Below, in pieces: positions 28,440 through 38,931 of a stretch of 64,000 nt of DNA. The DNA comes from Methanomassiliicoccales archaeon (lineage in GTDB: Archaea; Thermoplasmatota; Thermoplasmata; RBG-16-68-12; SOIM01). Every line of letters begins with the position of its first letter. Position 1 is the first letter of the stretch. Under the pieces are notes generated by a model, which was not told the origin of the DNA, did no database searches, and worked only from the letters and a program-made list of their open reading frames with translations. Where the stretch lies: contig JAUVGH010000003.1 of NCBI GenBank assembly GCA_030593885.1, positions 3,011-67,010 on the forward strand, in the 5' to 3' direction. The position numbers and the translations under genes are program-made.

Positions 28440-31181
28440 CTAGGTGGGCGCGGACCTTCTCCGGTAACGCCAGGTTTTGAACGATTCCATGATTATGAGA
28501 ACCGAAGAGGCTGTCAGTATCATCCAGAACCAGTCTATCAGCTCTAACGGGGATGTGGAGAAGGCCGTCTGGAGAGGTGGGACATAGATGATCATCAGCT
28601 GCAGGAGAATGGACACCGCGACCGCTAATATCAGCTTCTTGTTCCCCAGGAATCCGAGCTTATGCAGTGGGATGTAAGGCGACCTAGCAGAGAACACGAA
28701 GAACATCTGGAACAGCACCAAGGTAGAGAAGGCCATTGTCCTCGCCCTGTCAACACCGACTCCTGCACTGAACTCCAGGTGGAAGATCAGAAGCGTGCCG
28801 AAAGCCATGATGAGGCCGACTGCGATCATGATGGCGATCATGTCCCTTGTAATGGGCGGCTCGTTCGGGTCCCTGGGTTTCCTTTCCATTACATTCGGGT
28901 CTGCGGGGTCGACCCCCAACGCAAGGGCCGGGAGCCCGTCAGTGACGAGGTTCATCCACAATATCTGGACTGGCAGGAAGAACGGCAGTATCCTAGGATC
29001 GACGAAGATCAAGGTAGCGATGAACATGGTGGCAACTTCGCCAGTGTTGCAGGACAGAAGATAGAGAACGAACTTCCTGATGTTGTCGTAGATAGACCGA
29101 CCCTCTTCCACCGCGTGAACGATGGAAGAGAAGTTGTCATCGGTCAGGATCATGTCTGCGGACTCCTTAGAAACGTCAGTGCCGGTGATTCCCATAGCGA
29201 CCCCGATGTCCGCCTTCTTCAGTGCGGGTGCATCATTCACGCCATCGCCGGTCATGGCAACGATGTGACCCTTCTCCTTCCAGGCATCGATGATCCTCAA
29301 CTTGTCGGCTGGGGAGACGCGCGCGTAGACGGGTGTGTGCTCAACACGATCGTCCAGCTCCTGATCGGACATCTTGGACAGCTCACTACCGGTGACGGCG
29401 TGGTCGATGTGTTCCTCGATGAGCCCCATTTCCTTGGCCACCGCCGTCGCCGTTAACTTGTGGTCCCCAGTGATCATCACTACGTGTATCCCAGCCTTCT
29501 TGCACTCCTCGATGGCTTTTATGGCATCGGACCTAGGTGAATCGATCATGCCGACGTGTCCAAGGAAAATGAGGTCCTTCTCCACGACCTCCTCGGAGAA
29601 ATCAGTGAGATCGTCAGGAAGGGGCCGATAGGCAAGTGCCAAGGTCCTCAGACCCTTCATCGCCATGGCTTCTGTAGCGCGGTTGATGGAGTCCTTCTTC
29701 TCCTGATGCAGTGGGACAACTTGTCCGTCCTCCAGTATCCTGTCGCTGATCTCCAGAAGGCTCTCTGTGGCCCCTTTCGAGTAGGCGATCTTCGAAGGAT
29801 TGGCCTGATGGATGGTGGTCATCCTCTTCCTGTCCGAGCTGAACCCGATCTCGCCTATCCGCTCCTCCTTGTAGCAGTCATCGAAGTCCATCTTGGCCCT
29901 CCTGGCCGCGACCAGAAGAGTGCCCTCGGTAGTGTCGCCGTCAATGCTCCACTGGTTATCCTTCTTCACGAGGTCGGAATCGTTGCAGAGTATGCCTGCC
30001 TTCAGAAGCAGCTTGAGTGTCTCGTTCTTCAACGGGTCTATCTCTTCCTCCCCGCGGTAGAACTTCCCCTCTGGTGTGAACCCGTCGCCGTCGACCTTGA
30101 AGATGGCGTCGTCCGTCTGAATCGTCCGAATGTTCATCTCGCCTTTGGTGAGGGTCCCTGTCTTGTCGGAGCAGATCACCGTGGCGCTCCCTAAGGTCTC
30201 AACGGCTGGAAGCCTGCGAATCAGCGCATGCCTCCGGACCATCCTCTGGACACCCAGTGCGAGACTGATCGTCACAACGGCAGGGAGACCTTCAGGTATT
30301 GCCGCTACCGCAAGGCTAACGGCGGTGAGGAACATCTTCACTGTGTCTATTCCTCGGAAGGCCCCAACCGCGAAAACGATCACGACCGCGACCACTACGA
30401 TTATCCCGATCTGCTTTGCCATCCTGTTTATTCTTGCTTTCAGGGGAGGTTCTTCCTCCAGTTCCTGAACCATGCCAGCTATCTTGCCGAGCTCTGTGTT
30501 CATGCCCGTACAGGCGATGACAGCCTTACCTCTCCCCGATTCGATGGCGGTGCCCGAATACACCATGTTCCTTCTGTCGCCGAGGAAGATGTCCCCTTTC
30601 AGGCTGTGAGTGAGCTTGCCCACGGAAGCTGATTCGCCGGTAAGGGAGGCCTCATCTACGTTGAGATTCACCGCTTCGATGAGACGACCGTCTGCAGGTA
30701 CGCGATCGCCAGTGGCCAGGGCAATGACATCACCGGGAACCAGTTCCCTGGCAGGAACCTGGATGGCCTCCCCGTCCCTGTAGGCCCTTGCCGTGGGTGC
30801 GGCCATCGCCTTAAGGGCCTGTATCGCCTGCTCCGCCTTGTACTCCTGAACGAAACCGAACACCGCGTTGAGTATGACGATGATCAAGATCACGATGGTA
30901 TCGAATATCTCGTCCGTTATCCCCTTGCCTTCGTAGAACATGTGGTAGAAACCTATTGAGGCAGATATGATCGCGGCAATGATCAGAATGATGACCATGA
31001 GATCGGCGAACTGCCGGAGAAACATTTTGAGCGGAGAGATTCTCTGAGTTTCCACTAGTTCGTTCGGCCCGTAGGTCTCGAGCCTCCTTGCCGCATCCTT
31101 GTCATCAAGACCTATCGGGCTAGAGTCCAGCTTCTTCAAAACCTCATCGGATTCGAGATTGTGCCAACCCGAATTTCCCAT
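28440..31181 (-). CDS. P-type cation-transporting ATPase (P2/Ca2+-ATPase-like)
   Basis: TGES, the [10 protein letters not shown] phosphorylation site, MITGDH and [22 protein letters not shown]. About 10 TM segments; 913 aa. Confidence 0.9.
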   Translation of the reverse strand: MGNSGWHNLESDEVLKKLDSSPIGLDDKDAARRLETYGPNELVETQRISPLKMFLRQFADLMVIILIIAAIISASIGFYHMFYEGKGITDEIFDTIVILIIVILNAVFGFVQEYKAEQAIQALKAMAAPTARAYRDGEAIQVPARELVPGDVIALATGDRVPADGRLIEAVNLNVDEASLTGESASVGKLTHSLKGDIFLGDRRNMVYSGTAIESGRGKAVIACTGMNTELGKIAGMVQELEEEPPLKARINRMAKQIGIIVVVAVVIVFAVGAFRGIDTVKMFLTAVSLAVAAIPEGLPAVVTISLALGVQRMVRRHALIRRLPAVETLGSATVICSDKTGTLTKGEMNIRTIQTDDAIFKVDGDGFTPEGKFYRGEEEIDPLKNETLKLLLKAGILCNDSDLVKKDNQWSIDGDTTEGTLLVAARRAKMDFDDCYKEERIGEIGFSSDRKRMTTIHQANPSKIAYSKGATESLLEISDRILEDGQVVPLHQEKKDSINRATEAMAMKGLRTLALAYRPLPDDLTDFSEEVVEKDLIFLGHVGMIDSPRSDAIKAIEECKKAGIHVVMITGDHKLTATAVAKEMGLIEEHIDHAVTGSELSKMSDQELDDRVEHTPVYARVSPADKLRIIDAWKEKGHIVAMTGDGVNDAPALKKADIGVAMGITGTDVSKESADMILTDDNFSSIVHAVEEGRSIYDNIRKFVLYLLSCNTGEVATMFIATLIFVDPRILPFFLPVQILWMNLVTDGLPALALGVDPADPNVMERKPRDPNEPPITRDMIAIMIAVGLIMAFGTLLIFHLEFSAGVGVDRARTMAFSTLVLFQMFFVFSARSPYIPLHKLGFLGNKKLILAVAVSILLQLMIIYVPPLQTAFSTSPLELIDWFWMILTASSVLIIMESFKTWRYRRRSAPT

Positions 31182-31205
31182 CTACAACAGCTAATGTTCC
31201 GGGAC

Positions 31206-31218
31206 TATTTAACTAAAT
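31206..31218 (-). promoter_or_regulatory. Candidate TATA box (minus strand ATTTAGTTAAATA) for the P-type ATPase
   Basis: About 28 bp upstream of the ATG at 31181 on the minus strand. Confidence 0.35.
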
Positions 31219-31417
31219 GGTGAGCAATAGTTTTTAGTAGGGAGTTTGCTATTCAGATGACGGGATGGGAATGCACGGGATTACACTCTACAGACATTCT
31301 CAGAGAGCTTTGGTCATCTCAATTGAGATTTCACCAACGATAGACGCATTGCACTAGGCACTCCTCCGCAGACAACTCTAGTTCCCTTCCCCCTCAATCG
31401 AGCGGGAAGACATTTCC

Positions 31418-33187
31418 ATGTTAGATACAGGGTACCTCATCTTCGAAATGGGCATCATAATGCTCGTCGCATTCATCGGCGCTGGACTCGCCGCCAGACT
31501 TGGTCAGAGCGTCATCATCGGGTACATACTTGCAGGCATCGTCATCGGGCCGTACATGATCGTGAACATATTTGGCCTGAGCTACAGCGGTATAATCAAG
31601 GACATCGAGTTCATAGAACAGTTGGCCCATATCGGACTTATCCTCCTCCTCTTTTTTGTGGGGTTGGAGTTCTCCGTTGAGAAGTTGAAGAAGACCAAAA
31701 AACCGGCCGTCATCCTTGCGGTGATGAACCTGTCGATAAACATGTTCGCGGGTTTCTGTCTCGGCATGTTCCTCGGATGGCCATTGCTTGACACATTCTT
31801 CCTTGCGGGTGTAGTTGCCTTAAGCAGCGCCGCTGTGACGGCGAAGGTGCTCATTGAATTGAAGAAACTGGGGAAGACCGAGACCGAGTATCTCATCGGG
31901 ATGATCATAATCGAGGATTTCCTGGCGATCCTCCTCCTCACCGTTGCCGGTGGAATGCTGGCTCAGAACAGGGCGAGCCCGATCAGCATCCTTTTCCTGT
32001 TAGGCGGGATTCTGGTGTTCATTCTCTTCTTTGCTTTTCTTGCATTGTTCGTCATACCCAGGGTCGCCAAGCACTTCGAAAAGATCGAGAACGAGGAGCT
32101 GTTCGTGCTGTTTGCGCTCGGCATGGTCTTCCTGGCATCCGCGATGGCAGAGGCATTTGCCATCCCTGCTATAATTGGGGCCTTCTTCATAGGGATGGTG
32201 TTCGCCGACACGAGCATATCAGAGAAATTAGAGAAGAAACTGCTCTCCATAAGGGATGCTTTCGTTGCAATCTTCTTCATCTCCTTCGGCATGATGATAA
32301 ACCCGGCGATGTTCCCCTTCATAATCGACATCGTCATAATCGCTGTCCCGCTGATAATCCTGAACGACATCCTCATCACCGGGGCACTCGCCTACTTGAT
32401 AGGGTTTTCCGCAAGGGCCTCCACGTCCATCGGGACCTCGCTCATAGGGAGAGGGGCGGAGTCCGTTCTCTACGCCAGCGTCGGGAGCAACGTTTCGGGT
32501 GCCACAAAAGGAGCGTATCTGTACCCGTTCGCTGGGGCGTTCTGTTTCATCATGAGTGCGTTAGCGCCCATATTCATGAAGAAATCCGATCAGGTATGCC
32601 AATGGTTGAAGAACAGGCTCTCGGAACCTCTGATGTACGGCGGAAAACTGGTTTCCAGCATAATCAAGTCCATGGTCATGCCGCACGAGTATCCGATCTA
32701 CCGTCGTAACAGGAAGCTGGTTGTCGTTCTGTCCATCTTCACATTCGCAAGCATGATGATGATCGTGACCTCCGGCTCGCTTCACATTCTGGCTTTCGTC
32801 ATCTCGGTCTGGACACTGTACTTCTTCTGGTTCACCATGTCTGAGCTCATGGGACATCCGACGAGAAAGGCGAACTTCCCTCACAAGGCTCTGAATTCAT
32901 CGGAAAAGAGCAAGGGCGCTTCGTTCGTCACCAACATGATAACGGGTGCGCTGGTGAGCATTGCACTAGTGGCCTTCGTCTGGCCTTACTTATGGTGGAT
33001 GAGCATCGTCGTTCTTCTCGGCTATTTGGTGTACACGATCCAAAGCATGAAGGCCATACATCGACATCTTGTTCTGAAGAAGGGCAAGAAGAGGCTGGCG
33101 CTCAAGATAGACGCACATCCAAAGGCGCTCAAGGACCCGTGGAAGCACAGGTCGAGGATGTACGACAGGAAGAATGGTGGGATGTAG
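31418..33187 (+). CDS. Cation:proton antiporter (CPA2/Kef-type Na+/H+ exchanger family) with extra C-terminal membrane region
   Basis: GQSVIIGYILAGIVIGP, LFFVGLEFS and many TM helices. The C-terminal ~190 aa add further helices and a basic tail instead of an RCK domain. Confidence 0.72.
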   Translation: MLDTGYLIFEMGIIMLVAFIGAGLAARLGQSVIIGYILAGIVIGPYMIVNIFGLSYSGIIKDIEFIEQLAHIGLILLLFFVGLEFSVEKLKKTKKPAVILAVMNLSINMFAGFCLGMFLGWPLLDTFFLAGVVALSSAAVTAKVLIELKKLGKTETEYLIGMIIIEDFLAILLLTVAGGMLAQNRASPISILFLLGGILVFILFFAFLALFVIPRVAKHFEKIENEELFVLFALGMVFLASAMAEAFAIPAIIGAFFIGMVFADTSISEKLEKKLLSIRDAFVAIFFISFGMMINPAMFPFIIDIVIIAVPLIILNDILITGALAYLIGFSARASTSIGTSLIGRGAESVLYASVGSNVSGATKGAYLYPFAGAFCFIMSALAPIFMKKSDQVCQWLKNRLSEPLMYGGKLVSSIIKSMVMPHEYPIYRRNRKLVVVLSIFTFASMMMIVTSGSLHILAFVISVWTLYFFWFTMSELMGHPTRKANFPHKALNSSEKSKGASFVTNMITGALVSIALVAFVWPYLWWMSIVVLLGYLVYTIQSMKAIHRHLVLKKGKKRLALKIDAHPKALKDPWKHRSRMYDRKNGGM

Positions 33188-33196
33188 CCATTCGGA

Positions 33197-33270
33197 TGCG
33201 GCCGCCGGGATTTGAACCCGAGCAATGAGGTTGGGAACCTCAGATCCTAACCAGGCTAGATCACGACCGC
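33197..33270 (-). tRNA. tRNA-Gly (anticodon CCC)
   Basis: The minus strand reads GCGGTCG-TG-ATCT-AGCCTGGTTA-GGAT-C-TGAGG-TTCCCAA-CCTCA-TTGC-TCGGG-TTCAAAT-CCCGG-CGGCCGC-A. Folded by hand it has a 7-bp acceptor stem (one GU), D and anticodon stems, and a TTCAAAT T-loop. CCA is not encoded. Confidence 0.88.
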
Positions 33271-33292
33271 ATGCCTCAGGCTCTTGAAAACA

Positions 33293-33547
33293 TCATTTTA
33301 CAGTTTCGAGCTGGCTGATGATGTTCCATATCAACGTCCTGCCGTGGAGCGGGATATTGGGATCATTCGCCAACTCGTCCATCATAAATATCGCACTTGC
33401 GACCCTTACATCCAAAGCATCCTCCTTCTTGAGGAGAAGGTCCTTGGCCTCGCTCGCACCCCTCCTAATGTTCCTGGGTACAGAAGTGTCCTCGGCCAAT
33501 TGGTCGAGGACGTCCATGACTTGTCTAAGCTTCTCATCTGATGCCAT
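33293..33547 (-). CDS. UPF0147-family conserved archaeal protein
   Basis: The 84-aa sequence ...DTSVPRNIRRGA...DPNIPLHGRTLIWNIISQLE matches the UPF0147 pattern. Confidence 0.65.
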   Translation of the reverse strand: MASDEKLRQVMDVLDQLAEDTSVPRNIRRGASEAKDLLLKKEDALDVRVASAIFMMDELANDPNIPLHGRTLIWNIISQLETVK

Positions 33548-33589
33548 CTTTTCACCATCCTTTTAACCTCTCTCACCAGCAGGATATAC

Positions 33590-33910
33590 CTACTCCAACA
33601 CCCTGGTCACACCCCTCTCCTTGTAGGTCGTGACCACCATCAGCGTCTTTGTGTCCTTGATCCCCTTTATGGGCGCCAAGGACTTCAGCACGAACTCCTT
33701 GAGTCCTACATAGTTCTCGAACCTAGCCTTAACTATGATATCAGTGTCACCAGTAACAAGGAAGACGTCCTCGATCAAATCGAACTTGGCGATCTTAACA
33801 GCTATGTTCTCAGCCTCTTTGGTATCGGCCTTCACAGTGATGATGGCCGCAACCTGATCCTCCCCATAGTAGTTGGCCATGACCTTGTCCAAATCCGAGC
33901 CTTCGCCCAC
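33590..33910 (-). CDS. Stand-alone Lrp/AsnC RAM-domain protein
   Basis: AAIITVKADTKEAENIAVKIAKFDLIEDVFLVTGDTDIIVKARFENY...IKGIKDTKTLMV. The listed start is GTG; an alternative is ATG 33880. Confidence 0.55.
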   Translation of the reverse strand: MGEGSDLDKVMANYYGEDQVAAIITVKADTKEAENIAVKIAKFDLIEDVFLVTGDTDIIVKARFENYVGLKEFVLKSLAPIKGIKDTKTLMVVTTYKERGVTRVLE

Positions 33911-34020
33911 ACAATCACCACGTCATAATAGCACGGACTTCTATTAAGATTTCCTTTTGACCCTAGTGTAATGTTTTTATATCCTCCAGACATTCAAAAC
34001 AAGGGCTTGGAGTTGGTTCC

Positions 34021-34302
34021 TTGAACGAGAAAGAGGGCAAAAAGGTCATAATGGAGACGATCGCGGAGGGCAGGAAGATGGAGGCCTACGCCGAGCACCG
34101 CACAAAGGACATGCACGCCTGCTGGACGTGCGGGGTCATCTCCTACAAGAAGAAGCCCATGAAAGAGATCGGGAAGAAGTGGTTCTGCATAGATTGCTTG
34201 AGGCAGTTGAAAGAGGTAATGGACACGTTCGATCAGTGGGAAGAGGAACTGATCTTGGAAAGGGATGCAAGAAAGCAGTTGGACGATGGGATGAACCTCT
34301 AG
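34021..34302 (+). CDS. Hypothetical zinc-ribbon protein
   Basis: CWTCG...FCIDC four-Cys motif. TTG start, with an upstream GTTTTTATATCC TATA-like element. Confidence 0.4.
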   Translation: MNEKEGKKVIMETIAEGRKMEAYAEHRTKDMHACWTCGVISYKKKPMKEIGKKWFCIDCLRQLKEVMDTFDQWEEELILERDARKQLDDGMNL

Positions 34303-35150
34303 CTGGGTAGCTCTGAGCCGCAGCCCCGACAGAACTTGTCTTCAATGTCGGCGACCTTCCCGCATTTCTCACATTCTGCCACTTTTGGTATCTTTGCCCC
34401 GCATTTCCTGCAGAAGCCGTCGCCCTCGACCAGGAACTCGCCGCACCCGGTGCATCTGAACTTCAGTTGTTCTTCGGTGATCTCGATCACTTCTTCATCA
34501 TCAGGAGGTATGGTCTTGAGGCCTCCACCCTCGGTTGCAAGCAGGTTCTTGCACCTGACCGCGAGCTTGAGGGCGGTCGTGTAATCTTTCTCCTCAAAGG
34601 CCTTTTCGGCATCCTGCAGGACCAACGCCGCGGCCTCGGTGTCGATCGCTCCTTGCTTGCACTTCTCGATGTGGTCCTTGGCCAGATTAAGAGAGAACTT
34701 GGCCTGAATGAAGTTCTCCGGCATCTCTTTGGCTATGATCTCCTTGGTGAGCATCTCTTCGTCACCGGGCGGTGGGGGTGATGCTTCAAGCTTCTCGAGG
34801 TCCCCCCTCTTCTCAGCGGCCAGCTTGGCGGTCTTCATGGAATCCTTGGACCTGTCCACGATATCGATGCACGCCCTGAAATCACCCCTGTCGAAAGCCA
34901 TCTTGGCCTCTTCCAGCTGGTTCATCGTCGCTTCCATGGGCGCCCCGCCCCTCTCGAGCGTCCTGACGATTGCCCTGCCGGTAATGAGCGCGTTATGAGC
35001 GTCGTCACGCAGGGATTTCTTCTTAACGCGTCCGCCGGAGCTCGTGCCCTTCTTCAGACGCCTGTTGCGAAGCCAGACAAGTTCTCCAATGACGATCACT
35101 ATGAAGGTCAGCGCAATGACCACCACAAGAACCAGTGTTTGGTCTGCCAC
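34299..35150 (-). CDS. Membrane-anchored protein with helical repeats and C-terminal double zinc ribbon
   Basis: N-terminal TM LVLVVVIALTFIVIVIGELVW and two related helical modules (EEAKMAFDRGDFRACIDIV and QDAEKAFEEKDYTTALKLAV). The C-terminus is CTGCG...CRKCG...CEKCG...CRGCG. Confidence 0.5.
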   Translation of the reverse strand: MADQTLVLVVVIALTFIVIVIGELVWLRNRRLKKGTSSGGRVKKKSLRDDAHNALITGRAIVRTLERGGAPMEATMNQLEEAKMAFDRGDFRACIDIVDRSKDSMKTAKLAAEKRGDLEKLEASPPPPGDEEMLTKEIIAKEMPENFIQAKFSLNLAKDHIEKCKQGAIDTEAAALVLQDAEKAFEEKDYTTALKLAVRCKNLLATEGGGLKTIPPDDEEVIEITEEQLKFRCTGCGEFLVEGDGFCRKCGAKIPKVAECEKCGKVADIEDKFCRGCGSELPS

Positions 35151-35169
35151 GAACTATTCAATGGAAAGC

Positions 35170-35844
35170 TCACTTATAAGTTTTCTGCGATTGGTTGTAG
35201 CTGACGAGAATGTTGCTGGCCACCGTCCAGACCTTGAGGGTATGCGGAGATATGGAAACGATCCGGTCGGAGAGTTCCTTGGCGGGGCTGGAATAATCGC
35301 CTTCCGGGAAACCGCCGATGATGCAGGCTATTGGCCCCTTGAGATCTTCAAAGAGAGAAACGGTCTCGACCAGCTCTCCATCCGGTGCGAAGCAGATCGT
35401 TGTTTCCGACTTCACCTTCTTGAGCACACCTTCCAGAGTTGTGTTCTTGGTGATCCTCATCAGCGGCTTCTTGTCCGGCACCTGGCCCTTGTCAAAGAGC
35501 TCTTCCATCAATCCCACAAATCGGTTGTGGCTTCTTGGCATCCTAAGGTCAGGGGAGACTTCGATGAGCTCGTTGTTCCGGGTATGGACCATGGTTGTTA
35601 GCTTCCCTTCGGCGTTGGGGATCGAGTCCAGGCACAGTGACAGAAAGAACTGGACGATGTCCGGTCGGCCGCGTCTCAGGGCTTCGGCCTTGTCCTTGAA
35701 AGCAGAACGATGAAGTGATGAATCCAACAGCAGCTTCGAGGGGGTCTTCCTCCTCCTCTTGGCATTCTTGATCACGGACGGATGGTCCTGGAGCTCCTTG
35801 GGGACAAGTTCAAGTTCGGCATCAGCGAGAATCATTTTGAGCAA
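35170..35844 (-). CDS. nep1: Ribosomal RNA small subunit methyltransferase Nep1 (Emg1)
   Basis: ILADAELELVP, RRRKTPSKLLLDSSLH, GRPDIVQ and IACIIGGFPEGD are SPOUT/Nep1 features. Confidence 0.85.
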   Translation of the reverse strand: MLKMILADAELELVPKELQDHPSVIKNAKRRRKTPSKLLLDSSLHRSAFKDKAEALRRGRPDIVQFFLSLCLDSIPNAEGKLTTMVHTRNNELIEVSPDLRMPRSHNRFVGLMEELFDKGQVPDKKPLMRITKNTTLEGVLKKVKSETTICFAPDGELVETVSLFEDLKGPIACIIGGFPEGDYSSPAKELSDRIVSISPHTLKVWTVASNILVSYNQSQKTYK

Positions 35845-35852
35845 AGCAACAC

Positions 35853-36920
35853 CTAGCTGAGGACTTCCATCAGGAGGTTCTTCTCCTTGGCGATTCTCAG
35901 TTCCCTGGCAATTCTCCTTCCGGTGGACATGTTCTCGTCCATGAGGTCGGCGTACGGGGAGCCGGAAACGAAAAGATTGGTGCCAGCGACTATGCGGGCG
36001 GATATCTCGAACACCTTGAACTCCAGCTCATCCGTGACGATGGTCTCCAGACTGAACGGCCCGATCATCCCGCCGAAGAGCTCCAGTGAACGTTCCACGG
36101 TCTGCTCCCCCATGGCGAATGCCTTTGGAAGAAGCGATTCCCGAAGGACCATTGAAGAGTTGCCAGTGACCACGAACGTGGGGTCGAGACCCATCTTCCT
36201 GAGCTCGTCCTGGTTGCCCATTCTGTACAGACCGTCCACGTTGGACTCGTCCCTCCTGTCGATGCTGAGGAACTCCAGACTGCCCTTGCTGAGCCTGTAG
36301 CCTCCGTCTGAAATAGGTGAATAGAAGTAGTGCATGTAGTACCTGGTGCCCACGATGTATTCCTGAATTGAGACCTCCTCGTTGGGATCTCTCTTGGCTT
36401 TGAAATCCTCGTAATCCTTCGCTATGAAGAATCCTCTGCCGCCCTTTGCACCGTGGTATTTGACAAGGACTGGCACATTGATGTCCTGTGGGTTCGTTAT
36501 CTCTCTGGGCATTGAAAGACCGGCCGATGTCAGCCATTCCCTCTCCTTGTTCCGGTCAGATTCCCATTCAAGGACCTTTCTGTTTCCGAATGTTGGGAGA
36601 TCCAAATCCGTGAAACGCTGGGCACCAAGATATTCTACAAAGGACCCGTGAGGAATGACCACGGCATTCTTCTCGGCCAGTTCGCTCGATCTCTCCAGAA
36701 TTTGGGAGTAGTTATCCACGATGAGGAATTCATCCGGTTTGCCTTTGGGGAAAGCATCGTAGTACTTGGGCGGCTTCTCAATAGCAATGCCGATGGTCTT
36801 GAAGCCTTCCTTCCTGGCGCCGTCAAAGATCTGCAGACTGGAATGTGAGCATACGGTGGCCACGGTGAGGTCTTCTCCGTAACCTCCGAGGATTTCTGCG
36901 ATTCTCTCTTTGGATATCAC
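35853..36920 (-). CDS. purP: 5-formaminoimidazole-4-carboxamide ribonucleotide (FAICAR) synthetase
   Basis: VATVCSHSSLQIFDGARKEGFKTIGI and the ATP-grasp body are typical of archaeal PurP. Confidence 0.9.
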   Translation of the reverse strand: MISKERIAEILGGYGEDLTVATVCSHSSLQIFDGARKEGFKTIGIAIEKPPKYYDAFPKGKPDEFLIVDNYSQILERSSELAEKNAVVIPHGSFVEYLGAQRFTDLDLPTFGNRKVLEWESDRNKEREWLTSAGLSMPREITNPQDINVPVLVKYHGAKGGRGFFIAKDYEDFKAKRDPNEEVSIQEYIVGTRYYMHYFYSPISDGGYRLSKGSLEFLSIDRRDESNVDGLYRMGNQDELRKMGLDPTFVVTGNSSMVLRESLLPKAFAMGEQTVERSLELFGGMIGPFSLETIVTDELEFKVFEISARIVAGTNLFVSGSPYADLMDENMSTGRRIARELRIAKEKNLLMEVLS

Positions 36921-36993
36921 GGGTGGCTCAATTCAACTAATGGGTTAAAATGTTTCTGTGATTCAGAGGCGAAAACGTCGCTATGGATGAATC

Positions 36994-38790
36994 TCAGAGG
37001 TCATATTGGAAATAAGTACTACACATACTTTGGTCTATCAAGCCATCAAGGTTGCAGTCTTCGTTAATGTCGAGTTCACGGATATTGATTGGAATTGTGA
37101 CGTGGCCATTAATCTCGAAGCTACCGTGAATGCTGAAGTAGCTTTCCCAAATGAAAGGAATCGGATTCCAGTAATGGCCCATTGCGTACTTGGAGGTACT
37201 CTCGACAATGAAGTCACCCCCACTGCCAGACGTGTCAGGACAGAATATGTAATTCAATACATCAGACGTATCCCCATCTCCGTTGCCATCTGCCTTGCCA
37301 CCGATGAGCTGGACTCCGGCGTATCCGAGGTAATGCTCTCTTGCTGATATCTGGATGCATTCTCCACCATGAATCGCCTGGGGCTGACCATATCCAATCT
37401 CGTACGCTGGAAGAGCTGTCCCGCGATCACCATCCTCGTCTCCGATATTGAAAAAGTCAGTCTTATAGGATCCTTGGGAGAAACCGACATATCGTTCCAA
37501 GGCTCCACCGGTCTTGAGCGGGAGCGTGTCGTACGAATTATCGTAAGTGAAGACCCCCCACCAGCCAAAACCGAATTTCTGATGAGCTATCAGCAATGAG
37601 TTGTAGGTATAAGACCGATAAATCTTGCCTTTCAGAGCCCAGGTGGTATTGATGTCGTGATAGAGATGTAAGGTGTTAGGAACTTCATTGCCGTTCCAGT
37701 CTCTGCCATCCTCCATCTCTGATGTATAACTAGGGATTAGGATGTATCCGGAGTTTCGTGGATGTTTTCCCTGAACGGCGCCATTCACACCTATTCGGCA
37801 ATTCCCATTGTTAGGATTGATTGCGTAGTAGGCCGAGATGTAGTCCCTTGTGTCCCCATCACCGTTCCAATCGTGGCTGTCGTAAGATTCGATTAGATTG
37901 TAGCTAGTAACCACCCAGCCATCGTCACGGAGGAATGTGGAATCGAGAACCGACCGCTGACCGGCTGAGCATGCACTGTTTGAGGGGGGCTTGTCAGGAA
38001 ATCTCCGTGCGTCTATGCTGCCGAGGTACAAATCGTTCTGGTCGTTATCCATTTCAGGATTCGCGTTGACTCCATTTAGAGCTTCACGAGCATAATATGA
38101 AATGAACTCCCCGGCAATGTCAGGGTACAGCATTACCCCCCTCACATTGTAAGCATGCCAAGGTGGTGACACGAACGTCCTGTAGATTTCGATCCCTCCT
38201 TCCTCACCAGAGAAGTAGTCAGTGTTTATCAGCAACGTGCCATCGGTTCCTCCAATTCTGGGCCAAATCCCGGTCTCGTAGATGACCATGGCATCAGGAA
38301 TTGGGCCACATGCCCCTCCTCCGGGTTCATCAACGCATCCATCCCCATCATTGTCCAGGCCATCACTCATCCATGGAATGTAGAAGTAGAACACGACGGC
38401 CTCAAGTTTCCCATTCCCGTTTTGATCACCAAGACTTCCTTCGTGACCAGTACCCACCAAAAAGTCTCCACCACCATCACTCACCCAGAGGTTGGATCCT
38501 GAGAAGATATTGAGGCAGACTACCAGCGAAACGCAGTACTCATAAAGAAGAGGAGAATCACCTGGAGACCCCCCATTTGGAGAACCATCATCAAGAATCT
38601 TTGGATAGGGACCATGGAGAAGCGAGAGCTCCTCTGGATCGCCACCAGCAAAACCCGACGAGAGTGCCTTGGATGCATCCACATCATCTCTGAACTGTAG
38701 CCACTTCTCTAGGGCATTCAGTTCAGTCCCTTGATTAACTGAAAGTTCTGTTGATCCAACGCCAGCAAAAGCATATGCTACAAGTATCAC
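36994..38790 (-). CDS. Secreted protein with about seven DxDGDG-type calcium-binding loops (FG-GAP/integrin-alpha-like propeller candidate)
   Basis: Loops GDQNGNGKLE, DNDGDGCVDE, DWNGDGDTRDY, EDGRDWNGNE, GDEDGDRGT, DGNGDGDTSD and NEDCNLDGLID. The GTG start leaves only a short hydrophobic N-terminus (see the frameshift finding). Confidence 0.55.
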   Translation of the reverse strand: MILVAYAFAGVGSTELSVNQGTELNALEKWLQFRDDVDASKALSSGFAGGDPEELSLLHGPYPKILDDGSPNGGSPGDSPLLYEYCVSLVVCLNIFSGSNLWVSDGGGDFLVGTGHEGSLGDQNGNGKLEAVVFYFYIPWMSDGLDNDGDGCVDEPGGGACGPIPDAMVIYETGIWPRIGGTDGTLLINTDYFSGEEGGIEIYRTFVSPPWHAYNVRGVMLYPDIAGEFISYYAREALNGVNANPEMDNDQNDLYLGSIDARRFPDKPPSNSACSAGQRSVLDSTFLRDDGWVVTSYNLIESYDSHDWNGDGDTRDYISAYYAINPNNGNCRIGVNGAVQGKHPRNSGYILIPSYTSEMEDGRDWNGNEVPNTLHLYHDINTTWALKGKIYRSYTYNSLLIAHQKFGFGWWGVFTYDNSYDTLPLKTGGALERYVGFSQGSYKTDFFNIGDEDGDRGTALPAYEIGYGQPQAIHGGECIQISAREHYLGYAGVQLIGGKADGNGDGDTSDVLNYIFCPDTSGSGGDFIVESTSKYAMGHYWNPIPFIWESYFSIHGSFEINGHVTIPINIRELDINEDCNLDGLIDQSMCSTYFQYDL

Positions 38791-38931
38791 CAGGATACAA
38801 ACGATAACCCCCTTCGTCCTCGTCTCTTACCCTCCGATCGTTGCTCTGTGACATAATATCAGCGAGTCGGTGCTATATATTTGTTCTGACCTGCCCCGTT
38901 ACTGAGTTATCCATCTCTTGAAGAAACTAGC

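Noticed and set aside
28662-30194. Two long plus-strand ORFs (264 and 212 aa)
   Set aside because: Both lie inside and antisense to the P-type ATPase gene, whose motifs ([16 protein letters not shown]) are definitive.
31258-31344. 28-codon ORF (MTGWECTGLHSTDILRELWSSQLRFHQR) in the ATPase/antiporter divergent spacer
   Set aside because: It has no RBS or promoter context and an unremarkable composition. It is probably a chance ORF in a 237-bp regulatory spacer.
33188-33292. tRNA-Gly as an integration hotspot for a mobile element
   Set aside because: No integrase, transposase or obvious duplicated copy of the tRNA 3' half was noticed nearby. The flanking genes are ordinary. A computational repeat search would be needed to be sure.
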